The translations under genes were made by a program, and so were the position numbers. From Actinomycetota bacterium (GTDB lineage Bacteria > Desulfobacterota > Deferrimicrobia > Deferrimicrobiales > Deferrimicrobiaceae), in the NCBI GenBank assembly GCA_050258195.1, contig JBLMYI010000017.1:1-49621 (forward strand): 49,621 nucleotides of DNA. Direction: 5' to 3'. A model generated the notes under the pieces. It was not told the DNA's origin and searched no databases. It saw nothing but the letters and a program-made list of their open reading frames with translations. This document shows, piece by piece, positions 49,575-49,621 of this stretch. How positions within the stretch are numbered: the first letter of the stretch is position 1; each line of letters starts with the position of its first letter.

Positions 49575-49621
49575 CGACGAAGTCGCGATCCGTTAACGTC
49601 GCGAGGTTCGCGATCGCCCCG

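Overview
Visibly GC-rich bacterial chromosomal window with strong G/C preference at third codon positions. It consists almost entirely of core housekeeping genes. Nearly all are on the + strand, with very short or overlapping intergenic gaps.

Gene order:
1. rho (5' partial)-rpmE-thyX-DUF1385-prfA-prmC-murA-hisD-hisB-hisH-hisA-hisF-hisI-HIT.
2. The rpsU-yqeY-dnaG-rpoD macromolecular-synthesis operon, followed by a tRNA with a CAT anticodon and a clean intrinsic terminator.
3. NIF3-like, C4 zinc-ribbon/coiled-coil and RNase HI-like genes, immediately followed by type A RNase P RNA (rnpB).
4. A complete dcw cluster, mraZ-rsmH-ftsL-ftsI-murE-murF-mraY-murD-ftsW-murG-murC-murB-ddl-ftsQ-ftsA-ftsZ, plus a trailing radical SAM gene.
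5. yjbQ (-), then maf-yggS-proC-yggT-yggU(DUF167).
6. A BKR-like SDR and ilvE, both on the - strand.
7. An FKBP-type PPIase and an OFA-type MFS transporter.
8. The only accessory-looking part: DinB-family, Isf-like iron-sulfur flavoprotein and TetR, then a QueG-like 4Fe-4S protein, a crotonase and a 4HBT thioesterase.

I found no CRISPR array, transposase, integrase, rRNA or obvious defence genes. I see no convincing novel multi-gene system.

The best leads are modest:
- An operator-like 14-nt motif shared by the two non-coding gaps flanking the tetR unit.
- An Isf-like flavoprotein with an extra zinc-ribbon tail.
- rnpB abutting an RNase H gene.
- A HIT gene translationally coupled to hisI.
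- An apparent CUG start for murA.
- A clear MraZ operator.

All calls rest on the ORF track, motifs read by eye and remembered family signatures. No database search was run.
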